From the IMG/VR virus record IMGVR_UViG_3300014720_002669: a DNA stretch of 64,000 nt; one strand, given 5' to 3'. Below the pieces are notes generated by a model. It searched no databases. It was not told the DNA's origin and saw only the letters and a list, made by a program, of their open reading frames with translations. The stretch comes from a virus. Every line of letters begins with the position of its first letter. Positions within the stretch are counted from its first letter, which is position 1. The translations under genes were made by a program, and so were the position numbers. Shown here piece after piece: positions 39,174 to 48,615 of this stretch.

Positions 39174-39502
39174 AATGGTTAGACAATTGGATTTTACAGC
39201 GTGCCGAACGCATTAGAGAGCGTGAAAACGAAATCGTACCAGATCGTGTCCCTGCAGTTCCCAGCAACAGAAAATCCTCAAATCGAGGCGTCAGCATCAA
39301 CGAAGACCGAGCCAGCATTGGCAGCAGTAAACACAGAATGATGTTTACCGTGTATCGTGCCAATGGCGGCATGATGGTAGAGTACAATCGATACGATGAA
39401 CGCAAGGATCAACATCACTGCGAACTGCACATCATACACCCAGATCAAGACCTTGGCACGGCCCTGGGCCAAATTGTAACCTTTGAAAGTTTGAAATCTT
39501 AA
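39170..39502 (+). CDS. Hypothetical protein
   Basis: FTVYRANGG; operonic. Confidence 0.65.
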   Translation: MKWLDNWILQRAERIRERENEIVPDRVPAVPSNRKSSNRGVSINEDRASIGSSKHRMMFTVYRANGGMMVEYNRYDERKDQHHCELHIIHPDQDLGTALGQIVTFESLKS

Positions 39503-39503
39503 A

Positions 39504-40055
39504 ATGGCAAAAATCAAACAAGTCAAGCATCTTGTGGGGCAGGTGGTGCCACCAAAGACTCATGGCGCAGCCGGTCGAGCAATAGAAGAAATAATGGAAA
39601 CACAAGGTTGGCCCATGGATCGTCATGGGCAAGGAGTTGACGTACCTGCATATGGATTCGAAGTAAAAAGTAGAGATTTAGATTCAACATCAGCTCAAAG
39701 CATAGGCAAGATGTTGCCCGAAGATATAAAAGTCACGCCATTTCCCAAATCTCCTATCTACGACAAAATACAACACCAGCTTAGAGTAAAAACTCAGGAC
39801 CAAGTTATTGTCAGTGCCAACATGTATGACTTCAGCAATCCTTATATACAACAAAAGATCGAAGAATCATATGAAGCAGCCAGGGCAAAGATTATTGCTG
39901 ATGATGACAGCAATTACATATCTGGTGGGCCATTTGGATACTTTGAACGAACCAATCCCAAGACATCTAGATCATATGATTTTAGACTGACCGACGCCGC
40001 CATGCAAAAACTAGAAAACATGGCAACATCAACTTTTAAGGACTTATTCAAATGA
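39504..40055 (+). CDS. PD-(D/E)xK restriction-like nuclease
   Basis: GRAIEE helix ... GVD-x-FEVKS catalytic pattern. Confidence 0.55.
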   Translation: MAKIKQVKHLVGQVVPPKTHGAAGRAIEEIMETQGWPMDRHGQGVDVPAYGFEVKSRDLDSTSAQSIGKMLPEDIKVTPFPKSPIYDKIQHQLRVKTQDQVIVSANMYDFSNPYIQQKIEESYEAARAKIIADDDSNYISGGPFGYFERTNPKTSRSYDFRLTDAAMQKLENMATSTFKDLFK

Positions 40056-40495
40056 ATCAAGCAGAACGTGAAGTGGTAGACCGAGTGATGCAACATGCAC
40101 AACGAAAAATATGGGTTACATTTCAAAAGGAAGGCATGCACAGATATCCCGCGGCTGCCACAGATCCTGCACTGGCCACAGGTGATGAATATGATGTTTC
40201 ATTTCTTGCTAATTCTCATCGTCACATGTTTCATTTCCGGGTGTGGATTGATGTTGTACACAATGATCGCGATATCGAATTTATCCAATTCAAACGTTGG
40301 CTTGAAAATCTCTACCGTAGTGGAACTCTCCAACTAGACTACAAAAGTTGTGAGATGATGGCAGACGACCTATATATACAAATAGCCGGTCGTTATCCCA
40401 ACCGAGCAGTGTGGATCGAAGTGTCCGAAGACGGAGAAAACGGCGCACTGATCAAATACGAAATCACTAGACCCCTCAACAACATTGTCATCTAA
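40052..40495 (+). CDS. QueD-like T-fold protein, DpdL-like (CDG decarboxylase candidate)
   Basis: FLANSHRHMFHF = LxxxHRHxF; DRDIEFI, SCEM, VSEDGENG. Confidence 0.7.
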   Translation: MNQAEREVVDRVMQHAQRKIWVTFQKEGMHRYPAAATDPALATGDEYDVSFLANSHRHMFHFRVWIDVVHNDRDIEFIQFKRWLENLYRSGTLQLDYKSCEMMADDLYIQIAGRYPNRAVWIEVSEDGENGALIKYEITRPLNNIVI

Positions 40496-40505
40496 GGAGA
40501 ACAAC

Positions 40506-40730
40506 ATGGCAAGACCCACATTCAAACCCAACCCCAAAGTGCGTGAGATCCAAGACGATCTTGAAGTGTATCTGGAATTTTGTCAGGACTATGGATATCG
40601 CTACAACGAAGCGGATCTCTACAACTTCAAAACCTATGCCTGGCAACAGTTCAGCAAGTGGCATGCTGGCAAGTACGCCAAGAACATGTGGGATGAGGAC
40701 ACTCGTAGATTTGCAGGACATCGCGCATGA
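40506..40730 (+). CDS. Small hypothetical protein
   Basis: AAGGAG SD; FCQDYGYRYNEADLY. Confidence 0.65.
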   Translation: MARPTFKPNPKVREIQDDLEVYLEFCQDYGYRYNEADLYNFKTYAWQQFSKWHAGKYAKNMWDEDTRRFAGHRA

Positions 40731-41929
40731 GAAAACTATACTACATGGGTCTTGAAAGTTACGAGGCCCGTTACACACTGCAACTGACTGAGTGGAACCG
40801 ACGTGTGTTTGAACGTCGAGGACTTGATGTGGTGTATGTGCCAGGTTTGACCCTAGACAACAGTCAAAAGATTGTTGTGGGACAAGTGCTGGATGCACAT
40901 GGACGCAGTTATTTTGGCATGAGCCAAATGATGAACCTGGTGCGGCTCATGCAACAAGGTGAAGTCACTGCAGAAGATGTGATCTATTTTGAAGACATGT
41001 TCCAGCCAGGCATTGAGAGTTTGCCATACATCATGGACCAGGTTCCTGCCGAACAACGTCCTCGCATTTATGTGCGCTGTCTGGCACAGGCCATTGATCC
41101 TGACGACTTTGTGCATGTGTGGGGCATGGCCGGCTGGATGAGCACATATGAAAAGATGGTCAATCACTTTGTAACAGGCGTGTTAGCCACCAACGAAGAA
41201 ATGGTTGCTCACATGCGCATTGCAGGTTGGACTGCTCCAATCTACAACATCTCAGGATTGGCGTTTGGCAAAGAAGAAGTGCTGGAACGCATTGGCGGCA
41301 GTGCCAACATTCGACCATTTGAAGATCGTCCGCGCCGTGTGGGCTTTGCCGCACGTTTTGATCAAGAAAAGCAACCTGGCTTCTTCATGGACTTGATTGA
41401 AATGTTTCATGAGCAAGGTCCAGTAGGCATTGAGTTCTGTATATACTCCGGTAGTCCATTGCGTAGCAACAATCCTGAATATGTTGCTCGTGCTCGCCGC
41501 ATGGAAGCTGAAGGTAAACTAAAGATCTACGACAACATCACCAAAAACCAATACTATGCGCATCTCAACAACACTAGAGTTTTGTTCAACTGTGCTCTGC
41601 AAGACTGGGTCAGCAATACAGTCAGTGAAGCTGACACTGTTGGTTGCAATGTGCTATATCCAGCATACCGGTCATTCCCCGAAACCTTTGCCAACGATCC
41701 CAACAGACTCTACGTTCCGTGGTCAATTGATGATGCATATCACAAGATGCAAAATCTCTTGCGGAAACCACATCACAACATGGGTCTCATATCTGACTGG
41801 AACAATGGCACTGTTGACCGTGTGGTTGATATACTGTTTGGTCTTGGTGAGCATTGGAATCGAGCGGGTGCGAGATACCGTGACCATGTGGCTGAAGCCA
41901 AATATCACGTAGTAAAGATTGCCATGTGA
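40727..41929 (+). CDS. GT-B glycosyltransferase
   Basis: ARFDQEKQP, QDWVSNTVSEA, YRSFPE. Confidence 0.75.
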   Translation: MRKLYYMGLESYEARYTLQLTEWNRRVFERRGLDVVYVPGLTLDNSQKIVVGQVLDAHGRSYFGMSQMMNLVRLMQQGEVTAEDVIYFEDMFQPGIESLPYIMDQVPAEQRPRIYVRCLAQAIDPDDFVHVWGMAGWMSTYEKMVNHFVTGVLATNEEMVAHMRIAGWTAPIYNISGLAFGKEEVLERIGGSANIRPFEDRPRRVGFAARFDQEKQPGFFMDLIEMFHEQGPVGIEFCIYSGSPLRSNNPEYVARARRMEAEGKLKIYDNITKNQYYAHLNNTRVLFNCALQDWVSNTVSEADTVGCNVLYPAYRSFPETFANDPNRLYVPWSIDDAYHKMQNLLRKPHHNMGLISDWNNGTVDRVVDILFGLGEHWNRAGARYRDHVAEAKYHVVKIAM

Positions 41930-42699
41930 AAACACAGTCAAGACCATTGGTTACCTTTGGTTGTAGTTGGACCTTTGGAGTAGGGGTTCAATATCAACCA
42001 GGTATGTCAAAAAAACAGTATGAAGCAATTGCACATCGAGAAGACAGTGCTGGGTTGACTTTTAGGCGACGTCTTGCAGCCGATTATCAATGTGCAGAGC
42101 ACAACCATGCTGTGATGGGTTCCAGTAATCAACAGCAGTTTCGATTGGCTAGAGAGTTTTTTTCTCCGGCCAAAGTTGAAAAATTAAAAAAACAATGGTC
42201 AAACATCACAGTGCTTTGGGGCATAACCAGCACTGCCAGAAGTGAATATTTTGATACCTCCAGCAATTTGTTTGAACCAATATATTCTGGAGACTCCGCA
42301 CCCCAGGCCAAATTTTGGATAGCAAACTACAATCACGAGCATGAAGTACAGCAGTTGTCTATGGCAATAAAATACTGGGACGAATATTTTTGCAATCACG
42401 GCATACAGAATTTTTGGTTTGACACGTTTAATCATCACAATTATCAAGTTGACACATTGAAAAATTTCATCTACAAGAATAAACAACCAAGAGATTTGCT
42501 GTCACAAATGTTGATACAACACGGTCACGCAGTGCCCGACTCAAAATATCATTTGAGCAACTGGTCTTTGGACACTGCTAGATTAGATGCGTTGATTGAC
42601 TTACAATTGATCAATCCAATCAGCTTCCATCCAACTCAACTGGGACACGAAGTGCTGTACAAAATGTTGAAAAATGAAATTGGAGAATATTTAAAATGA
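41926..42699 (+). CDS. SGNH-like hydrolase
   Basis: FGCSWTFG, GSSN, SFHPT.LGH. Confidence 0.6.
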   Translation: MKTQSRPLVTFGCSWTFGVGVQYQPGMSKKQYEAIAHREDSAGLTFRRRLAADYQCAEHNHAVMGSSNQQQFRLAREFFSPAKVEKLKKQWSNITVLWGITSTARSEYFDTSSNLFEPIYSGDSAPQAKFWIANYNHEHEVQQLSMAIKYWDEYFCNHGIQNFWFDTFNHHNYQVDTLKNFIYKNKQPRDLLSQMLIQHGHAVPDSKYHLSNWSLDTARLDALIDLQLINPISFHPTQLGHEVLYKMLKNEIGEYLK

Positions 42700-43649
42700 A
42701 CACAGTTATAGTAACTGGGGCTGGCGGATACATTGGTGGCCAAACTGCATTGATGTTGAAGGATGCAGGTCATCGTGTGGTAGGCATTGACAAAAACAAA
42801 TGCCCCCCGCATTTGAAGTCGGTGTTTGATGACTATATTGAAAAGGACTTTGCCCACAAAGACGCCTTGGTCACACTGTTGATACACGAACCCCGTGCCA
42901 TCATACACTGTGCCGCCACCAGCCTGGTTGGGCCCAGCATCCGTCACCCCGGTTGTTACTTTGAAAACAACGTGGTGAACACACTCACACTGTTGGATCA
43001 AGTGCGCAGAAGCATGCCCAAGACCAGAGTTATTTTTAGTTCAAGTGCCGCAGTGTACGGTGAGCCTATTATGACTCCCTGTCACGAAGTGGATCCTTGT
43101 GAGCCTATATCTCCGTACGGTGACAGTAAACTCATGGTGGAACGCATCATGGCAGCATATCATAAGGCCTACAATTTAGACTATGTGGCATTTCGTTACT
43201 TCAATGCTTGTGGTGCCGACAGTCGAGCCAGACACGGACAAGAATCAGGTGCCACACACATCATTGCTAGAGTGTTAGAAGCCATGAAAAATGATGCAGA
43301 ATTTACGCTGAATGGTGTGGACTTTACTACACCAGACGGCACCTGTGTGCGTGACTACGTGCATGTGGAAGACATTGCTCGAGCACATGTTCGGGCATTG
43401 GATGCTGAAATTTTATCAGGCGTGTACAATTTGGGCAACAATACAGGTGTCAGCAACAGAGAAATTATTGCCGCAGCCGAGCGTGTGACTGGAAAAAAAT
43501 TGAAAGTTGTGATGGGCGAGGCTAGGCCAGGAGATCCTGCTGTGCTCACTGCCAGTGCTGCCAAATTTGGTATGGCTGCTGGAGGCTGGTGCTGCCACTA
43601 TACCTTAGATGACATGATACAACACGCCTGGAACTGGTATGTTCGATAA
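42696..43649 (+). CDS. galE: UDP-glucose 4-epimerase-like SDR
   Basis: TGAGGYIG, SSSAAVYG, YGDSK, RYFNACG, DGTCVRDYVHV. Confidence 0.9.
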   Translation: MNTVIVTGAGGYIGGQTALMLKDAGHRVVGIDKNKCPPHLKSVFDDYIEKDFAHKDALVTLLIHEPRAIIHCAATSLVGPSIRHPGCYFENNVVNTLTLLDQVRRSMPKTRVIFSSSAAVYGEPIMTPCHEVDPCEPISPYGDSKLMVERIMAAYHKAYNLDYVAFRYFNACGADSRARHGQESGATHIIARVLEAMKNDAEFTLNGVDFTTPDGTCVRDYVHVEDIARAHVRALDAEILSGVYNLGNNTGVSNREIIAAAERVTGKKLKVVMGEARPGDPAVLTASAAKFGMAAGGWCCHYTLDDMIQHAWNWYVR

Positions 43650-44238
43650 AATACTGGCATTTGAAACTGCCCTGGCAGCATTCACAGGTGCGCCACGAGC
43701 CATCATGACTGATTGTTGTACTCATGCAATTGAATTGTGTTTGCGGTATGACAAAATCAGTGCCTGCACATTTACACCATATACATATTTAAGCATTCCA
43801 ATGACCATGCACAAACTGGGAATCCGCTACGAATATTATCCAGATTCGTTGCCACGTAGACAACAGTGGATTGGAGAGTACAAGTTTGAATTAACACGAA
43901 TTTGGGATAGTGCTCGTAGACTGGAAGCCATGATGTATAGACCTGGACAGATGCAGTGTGTGAGTTTTGGTCATGACAAACCCTTGGCCATTGGTCGAGG
44001 TGGTGCCATATTGCTGGATGACGAGTCTGCATATCAAGCCTTGATACGCATGAGGTATGATGGTCGTGATTTGACCATATCACCTTGGGTCGAGCAACAA
44101 GAGTTTCGGGTGGGCTACCACTATCGTCCCACTATTGAAGAAGCCCAACGCGGCCTAGAACTGCTGGCCAGTTATCACAGTCAACCTCCCCAACCAAAAT
44201 TATATCCAGATTGTAGACAAATTTCCATAGTGACTTGA
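43639..44238 (+). CDS. Compact DegT/DnrJ/StrS-like PLP aminotransferase
   Basis: CTHAIELCL, WDSA, SFGHDKPL..GRGG. Confidence 0.7.
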   Translation: MFDKILAFETALAAFTGAPRAIMTDCCTHAIELCLRYDKISACTFTPYTYLSIPMTMHKLGIRYEYYPDSLPRRQQWIGEYKFELTRIWDSARRLEAMMYRPGQMQCVSFGHDKPLAIGRGGAILLDDESAYQALIRMRYDGRDLTISPWVEQQEFRVGYHYRPTIEEAQRGLELLASYHSQPPQPKLYPDCRQISIVT

Positions 44239-44264
44239 CTGTCACGATCTAAATAGTGTACAAT
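44235..44264 (+). promoter_or_regulatory. sigma70-like promoter with embedded late motif
   Basis: TTGACT-18 nt-TACAAT with CTAAATA in the spacer. Confidence 0.55.
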
Positions 44265-44281
44265 CACACACCGGAGTAACA

Positions 44282-44977
44282 ATGCAAGAAAAGAATTTAT
44301 CACAAGTACTTAGAGAACAAATGACGGCCCGAGGTCACCGCTTCTGGGCCGGCGACAACATCAGCGATTACATGAGCGATGCCATCAAAGAAAAACTCAT
44401 TGACGAAGCCACTGTGGCATTTGAAGGTGTGTTGGATGCCTTGCTGATCGATCGTGAAAACGATCCTAATTCACGTGGCACAGCGCGGCGCTTGGCCAAG
44501 ATGTACTACCACGAAATCATGGCAGGTAGATATGAAGCACCCCCAGATTGCACCGCTTTTCCCAATGACTCAGCAGACCGCTACGAAGGCATGTTGGTGG
44601 TGCGTAGTGAGTTACGTAGTATGTGCAGTCATCATCATCAGCCTGTTAGTGGTGTTGCCTACATCGGAATTATTGCTGCACAAAAACTTATTGGTCTGTC
44701 TAAGTATACTCGTATTGCTCAGTGGTGCGCTCGGCGCGGTACTTTGCAGGAAGAACTGTGTATAGACATCGCCAATGCCATAGAACAGGCCACTGACAGT
44801 CATGATGTTGGTGTGTACATACAGGCCACGCATGGGTGCTGTGAGAATCGAGGTATCATGGCACACAGCAGTCTCACACAGACCACAGTGCTACGTGGTG
44901 CGTTTAAAGACGATGCCAGTGTGAAAAAAGAGTTCATGGACAATATCAAATTACAACAGGAGTTTGCACCGCGATGA
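44282..44977 (+). CDS. folE: GTP cyclohydrolase I
   Basis: SMCSHHHQP, IGLSKYTR, LQEE, HGCCENRG. Confidence 0.95.
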   Translation: MQEKNLSQVLREQMTARGHRFWAGDNISDYMSDAIKEKLIDEATVAFEGVLDALLIDRENDPNSRGTARRLAKMYYHEIMAGRYEAPPDCTAFPNDSADRYEGMLVVRSELRSMCSHHHQPVSGVAYIGIIAAQKLIGLSKYTRIAQWCARRGTLQEELCIDIANAIEQATDSHDVGVYIQATHGCCENRGIMAHSSLTQTTVLRGAFKDDASVKKEFMDNIKLQQEFAPR

Positions 44978-45087
44978 TTATCACAAACCGCACAGGCAAG
45001 ATTCGATTGCCCTGGGAACCAGGGCTGTTGGAATGGTTGCAGGAACACTATCCTGCAAGTCAGTATAGAGTGGTAGAATTAACTTAA
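44974..45087 (+). CDS. 37-aa peptide, not in the ORF track
   Basis: MIITNRTGKIRLPWEPGLLEWLQEHYPASQYRVVELT; ATGA overlap with folE. Confidence 0.5.
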   Translation: MIITNRTGKIRLPWEPGLLEWLQEHYPASQYRVVELT

Positions 45088-45098
45088 AGGAAAACAAA

Positions 45099-45290
45099 AT
45101 GAGTAAATTAAGCAAATTGACAAAAGTAAATGAGTCAATCACCATCTACCGTTATGACAACGGCTTCATGGTCGAGGTAGGCGGTCGTGACGACGAAAAC
45201 GATTGGAAATCTGCCAAGGTTCTTTGCGCAACAGAAGCGGACATGATGGCTGTGGTGCAAGAGTGGATTAGCATGGAATTAGACAACTAA
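45099..45290 (+). CDS. Small hypothetical protein
   Basis: AAGGA SD; YDNGFMVEVGG. Confidence 0.7.
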   Translation: MSKLSKLTKVNESITIYRYDNGFMVEVGGRDDENDWKSAKVLCATEADMMAVVQEWISMELDN

Positions 45291-45299
45291 GGAGAAACA

Positions 45300-45998
45300 A
45301 TGTTTGGCGCAAACTATAGTGAAAATGATGTTATCAATTATCGTTCAGCAGAAGAAATTAATTCGGCCATGGGTCGTGTGTATGGGCACATGAGCTTGGC
45401 TGTACTGTTCAGCATGCTGGTCAGTTATTGGATTGGTACCACACCAGAACTGTTGCAATTCTTTTTCACCGGAGTGTTGAAATGGATTGTTATCTTTGCA
45501 CCTTTGGCAGCCATATTTGGTGTGAGTTATATGTTGGCCAATAACCCTACAAAATCCACAGCACAGTTGTGCTTACATGGATTTGCGGCATTGATGGGCT
45601 TGAGTTTTAGCATGATCTTTGCTGTGTTTACCATGGGCTCAATTGTTAGTGCGTTCATGGGTGCAGCCATCCTGTTTGGTGTGATGAGTGGCTATGGGTA
45701 CTTTACCAAACGCAGTCTTGACAGTGTGGGACAGTTCATGTTTGTGGGCTTGATTGCCATCATTATTGCCAGCATTGTGAACATCTTTATTGGATCAACT
45801 GTAATGCAGATGGTTATCAGTGCATTGGCCATCATTATCTTCCTGGGACTCACTGCCTATGACACACAAAAGATTCGCGAAGAACTCAGTGTGGAGACCA
45901 GTGACAGTGCAGAAGTACGTGGTGCATTGACCTTGTACATGGACTTTATCAACTTGTTCTTGAATCTGTTGCAGTTGTTTGGCGGCAGAAAAGAATAA
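45300..45998 (+). CDS. Bax inhibitor-1/YccA family membrane protein
   Basis: 7 TM; AYDTQKI, ALTLYMDFINLFLNLL. Confidence 0.9.
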   Translation: MFGANYSENDVINYRSAEEINSAMGRVYGHMSLAVLFSMLVSYWIGTTPELLQFFFTGVLKWIVIFAPLAAIFGVSYMLANNPTKSTAQLCLHGFAALMGLSFSMIFAVFTMGSIVSAFMGAAILFGVMSGYGYFTKRSLDSVGQFMFVGLIAIIIASIVNIFIGSTVMQMVISALAIIIFLGLTAYDTQKIREELSVETSDSAEVRGALTLYMDFINLFLNLLQLFGGRKE

Positions 45999-46000
45999 TC

Positions 46001-46648
46001 ATGGCCACGTGGGAACTGTCAACCGAATACAAAAAGAACGCCATCGAGGTACAACTGTGGTATAAAGATGGTGTTACTATAAAGAAAATTGAAGGCTATC
46101 GCTGGGGCACTTTCTATTGCGAAAGCGATGAACATCCCGACATTGACTTGCGCAACCCCGACGGTTATGAACTAGCAGACTATGATTGGGAATTGGACAG
46201 TCTGGATGATGGTTGTTGGAGTGAATGGCAGTATCCTGATTCTGTCACAGCAGAAGAACGTGCCAAGATCGAAGCAGCCTGGGACGAAAACTGGTACAAA
46301 GGCATGGAAGACTTGGGCTGGTCAAACGATGATACCGAGTATCACTTTCAAGGTCCACTGAAGTTGGTGAACCGAGATACTGGAGAAGAGTTCTCAGTAT
46401 TGGATGCCGATGGCAATGTCATTCCCGAACCAGAATGGAATCCAGCGGCAGAACTTGACAAGATTGAACCACCACTGACTGAATGGTTTCCTTCAGATGT
46501 TGCGCCTGTGCGTGAAGGCCGTTACCAAATCAACGACAACAAAAATCCACAATGGCCATTTCCTGCCTATGCAGACTGGGATGGGCAAAAGTGGAGTGAG
46601 GACAGCATTGAGAAGTGGCGCGGACTGGCCGAGGATCCCAACAAGTGA
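46001..46648 (+). CDS. Acidic Trp-rich hypothetical protein
   Basis: ORF; C-terminal TEWFP..PVREG..WRGL. Confidence 0.65.
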   Translation: MATWELSTEYKKNAIEVQLWYKDGVTIKKIEGYRWGTFYCESDEHPDIDLRNPDGYELADYDWELDSLDDGCWSEWQYPDSVTAEERAKIEAAWDENWYKGMEDLGWSNDDTEYHFQGPLKLVNRDTGEEFSVLDADGNVIPEPEWNPAAELDKIEPPLTEWFPSDVAPVREGRYQINDNKNPQWPFPAYADWDGQKWSEDSIEKWRGLAEDPNK

Positions 46649-47715
46649 GTGTTTGGACCAATTGGGATCCGCTTGAAGAAGTCATAGTAGGTGATTGCCA
46701 TGCGGTACATGCACTGGATTGGTATGTGCCCAAACCACAACAGTCTGCATTCAATCAAATACTTGAAGAAACCAAGCAAGATCTCAACAGGTTGGCGGCG
46801 TTGTTACAATCACTTGGTGTGACAGTTCATCGTCCCTTGGTCCCGAACATACAACAAAATATCCAACTGCCCACATTTTCAATCAAGTGTGCAGTGGCGC
46901 CTGTGGTGCCCAGAGATCAATTTTTGGTATATGGTTCCACTGTGTACCAAACATTTACCAGCATGCCTGACAGATATATCGATAGTTTGTCGTATTATAA
47001 AATTTTCTGCAGCCTATTCAAACAAGGGCACAACTGGCTTAGTCAACCAGCGCCGATTTTGTTTGACATGCCCAATGATGTAGACTGGACACAGCAAGGT
47101 GAAACAGTCTATAAAAAAATATTGCACGAACGTGTGTTGTGGCACACAGCAACCATGTTCAAGTGCGGTGATGCATTGATTACCAATACTGCTGGTCCAG
47201 GCACTGCTTTGGGACTGGAATGGATGCAAAGAAACTTGCCACCCAACACTGTGGTAGCCAATCACAATACCACGCAAAACAACTGGGGTCACATTGATCA
47301 TGGGTTTTTGATGATAGATGACCACACTGTGATCTGCAAGAACTCGGAGTTTGTGCCCAAAGTTTTGCGTGATAAAAATATAATATGTGTGCAACAATAT
47401 CTAACTGAGAATCAATCAGTGCTACCTGCTCATGCTGTGTTGAGCAACAATCTGCAGCACATACACAGCCTGCTGGATGAAGCCAAGGGCTATGAACAAG
47501 TTACCAACTTTGATTTGAATGTGCTGGTAGTAGATTCCAAAAATATTATTTTTGGATCTCATCGTCCAGAGTTATTTGCACATTTAAAACAGCATGGTAT
47601 AACATGTCACGTCAGTGAATTTAGACACAACAAATTTTGGTATGCCGGCATACACTGTGTTACCTTGGATATTCGACGCCGTGGTCAACAAAGAAAGATT
47701 ATCAATGAAATATGA
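46645..47715 (+). CDS. Amidinotransferase (AGAT/StrB1-like)
   Basis: WDPLEEVIVG, PRD, GHID, GIHCVTLDIRR. Confidence 0.85.
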   Translation: MSVWTNWDPLEEVIVGDCHAVHALDWYVPKPQQSAFNQILEETKQDLNRLAALLQSLGVTVHRPLVPNIQQNIQLPTFSIKCAVAPVVPRDQFLVYGSTVYQTFTSMPDRYIDSLSYYKIFCSLFKQGHNWLSQPAPILFDMPNDVDWTQQGETVYKKILHERVLWHTATMFKCGDALITNTAGPGTALGLEWMQRNLPPNTVVANHNTTQNNWGHIDHGFLMIDDHTVICKNSEFVPKVLRDKNIICVQQYLTENQSVLPAHAVLSNNLQHIHSLLDEAKGYEQVTNFDLNVLVVDSKNIIFGSHRPELFAHLKQHGITCHVSEFRHNKFWYAGIHCVTLDIRRRGQQRKIINEI

Positions 47716-48106
47716 AACATTAAAAGAAGCACAGAACGCAGGTGTAGCACCTTGGGATTTAGAAGTTGAACAACTGTCAGACTTTCACGTGGCAGTGTTT
47801 CGAGATCGTTATCCTGTTGCCCGTGGGCATTTGTTATTTGTGCCACAGTACAACACAGATGCGGTAATTAACGACTGTTTTGAAACTGCCATGCGTGAAG
47901 GTCGTAGAATGGTTGACGCTGGCGAATGTGATGCATTCAACATAGGCATCAACATGGGTGCAGCGGCAGGCCAAACTGTGATGTATCCGCATGTGCATTT
48001 GATTCCTCGTCGTCATAGCGACTGCGCTGATCCTGTGGGAGGTGTGCGTGGAGTGATAGTTGGTCAAGCCAATTATAAAAGTGCATCGTATCAACTTCCC
48101 AACTGA
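47705..48106 (+). CDS. HIT-family hydrolase
   Basis: DRYPV..GHLL, AAGQTVMYPHVHLIPR. Confidence 0.9.
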   Translation: MKYETLKEAQNAGVAPWDLEVEQLSDFHVAVFRDRYPVARGHLLFVPQYNTDAVINDCFETAMREGRRMVDAGECDAFNIGINMGAAAGQTVMYPHVHLIPRRHSDCADPVGGVRGVIVGQANYKSASYQLPN

Positions 48107-48115
48107 TTTTTCGCA

Positions 48116-48538
48116 ATGATACGCTATCTAGAGTTACCAAAAATTCCCGATGACATTTTGCAAATCATTCCGACTGAGTTGAATAAATATCATTGCAAGA
48201 TTAACTATGGCACTTACAATTGGTCTGACAGTTTCAATCAAGAACTCAATGCCTGGGGACAACAGTATATTTGCCAAGATATGTATTTTGCTTTTCAATT
48301 GATGACTGGCGATGTACCTACACACAAAGACATAGGAACAAAAACCAAACTGGTTTATCTTCTTTGCACTGGCGGGGACAATGTGATAACAAATTTTTAC
48401 AACAAAAACAACAAATGCACACATAGTTATCACATAGAACTACATCGTTGGCATATTTTGCAAGCAAGTAGAAAACACAGTGTGGATGGAATAGTGCCAG
48501 GAAGTCTAAGACTCAGTGTTACTGGACGTATTTTTTAA
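48116..48538 (+). CDS. Possible cupin/2OG-Fe(II)-like protein
   Basis: HKD...H..V...R.S pattern; AT-rich. Confidence 0.5.
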   Translation: MIRYLELPKIPDDILQIIPTELNKYHCKINYGTYNWSDSFNQELNAWGQQYICQDMYFAFQLMTGDVPTHKDIGTKTKLVYLLCTGGDNVITNFYNKNNKCTHSYHIELHRWHILQASRKHSVDGIVPGSLRLSVTGRIF

Positions 48539-48543
48539 TCACC

Positions 48544-48608
48544 TACCGGCCTTTGGCATCATTCCCGGTATACAAATTCTGCTGCCTATGCTAAAATTAA
48601 CATAGGAG
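48544..48608 (+). promoter_or_regulatory. Candidate pseudoknot / SD-sequestering RNA switch upstream of queD
   Basis: TACCGG/CCGGTA stem; loop GGCA pairs with TGCC; CCTATG/CATAGG hairpin covers part of AGGAG. Confidence 0.5.
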
Positions 48609-48615
48609 AAAAAGC

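Noticed and set aside
44995-45060. Hairpins after folE (CCCTGG/CCAGGG, TTGCAGGA/TCCTGCAA) as a terminator or ncRNA
   Set aside because: No U-tract, and the region is a plausible coupled 37-aa ORF; a dual role is not excluded
48544-48608. Canonical preQ1-I riboswitch
   Set aside because: Lacks the GGUUC-type loop and poly-A tail consensus; kept only as a novel candidate
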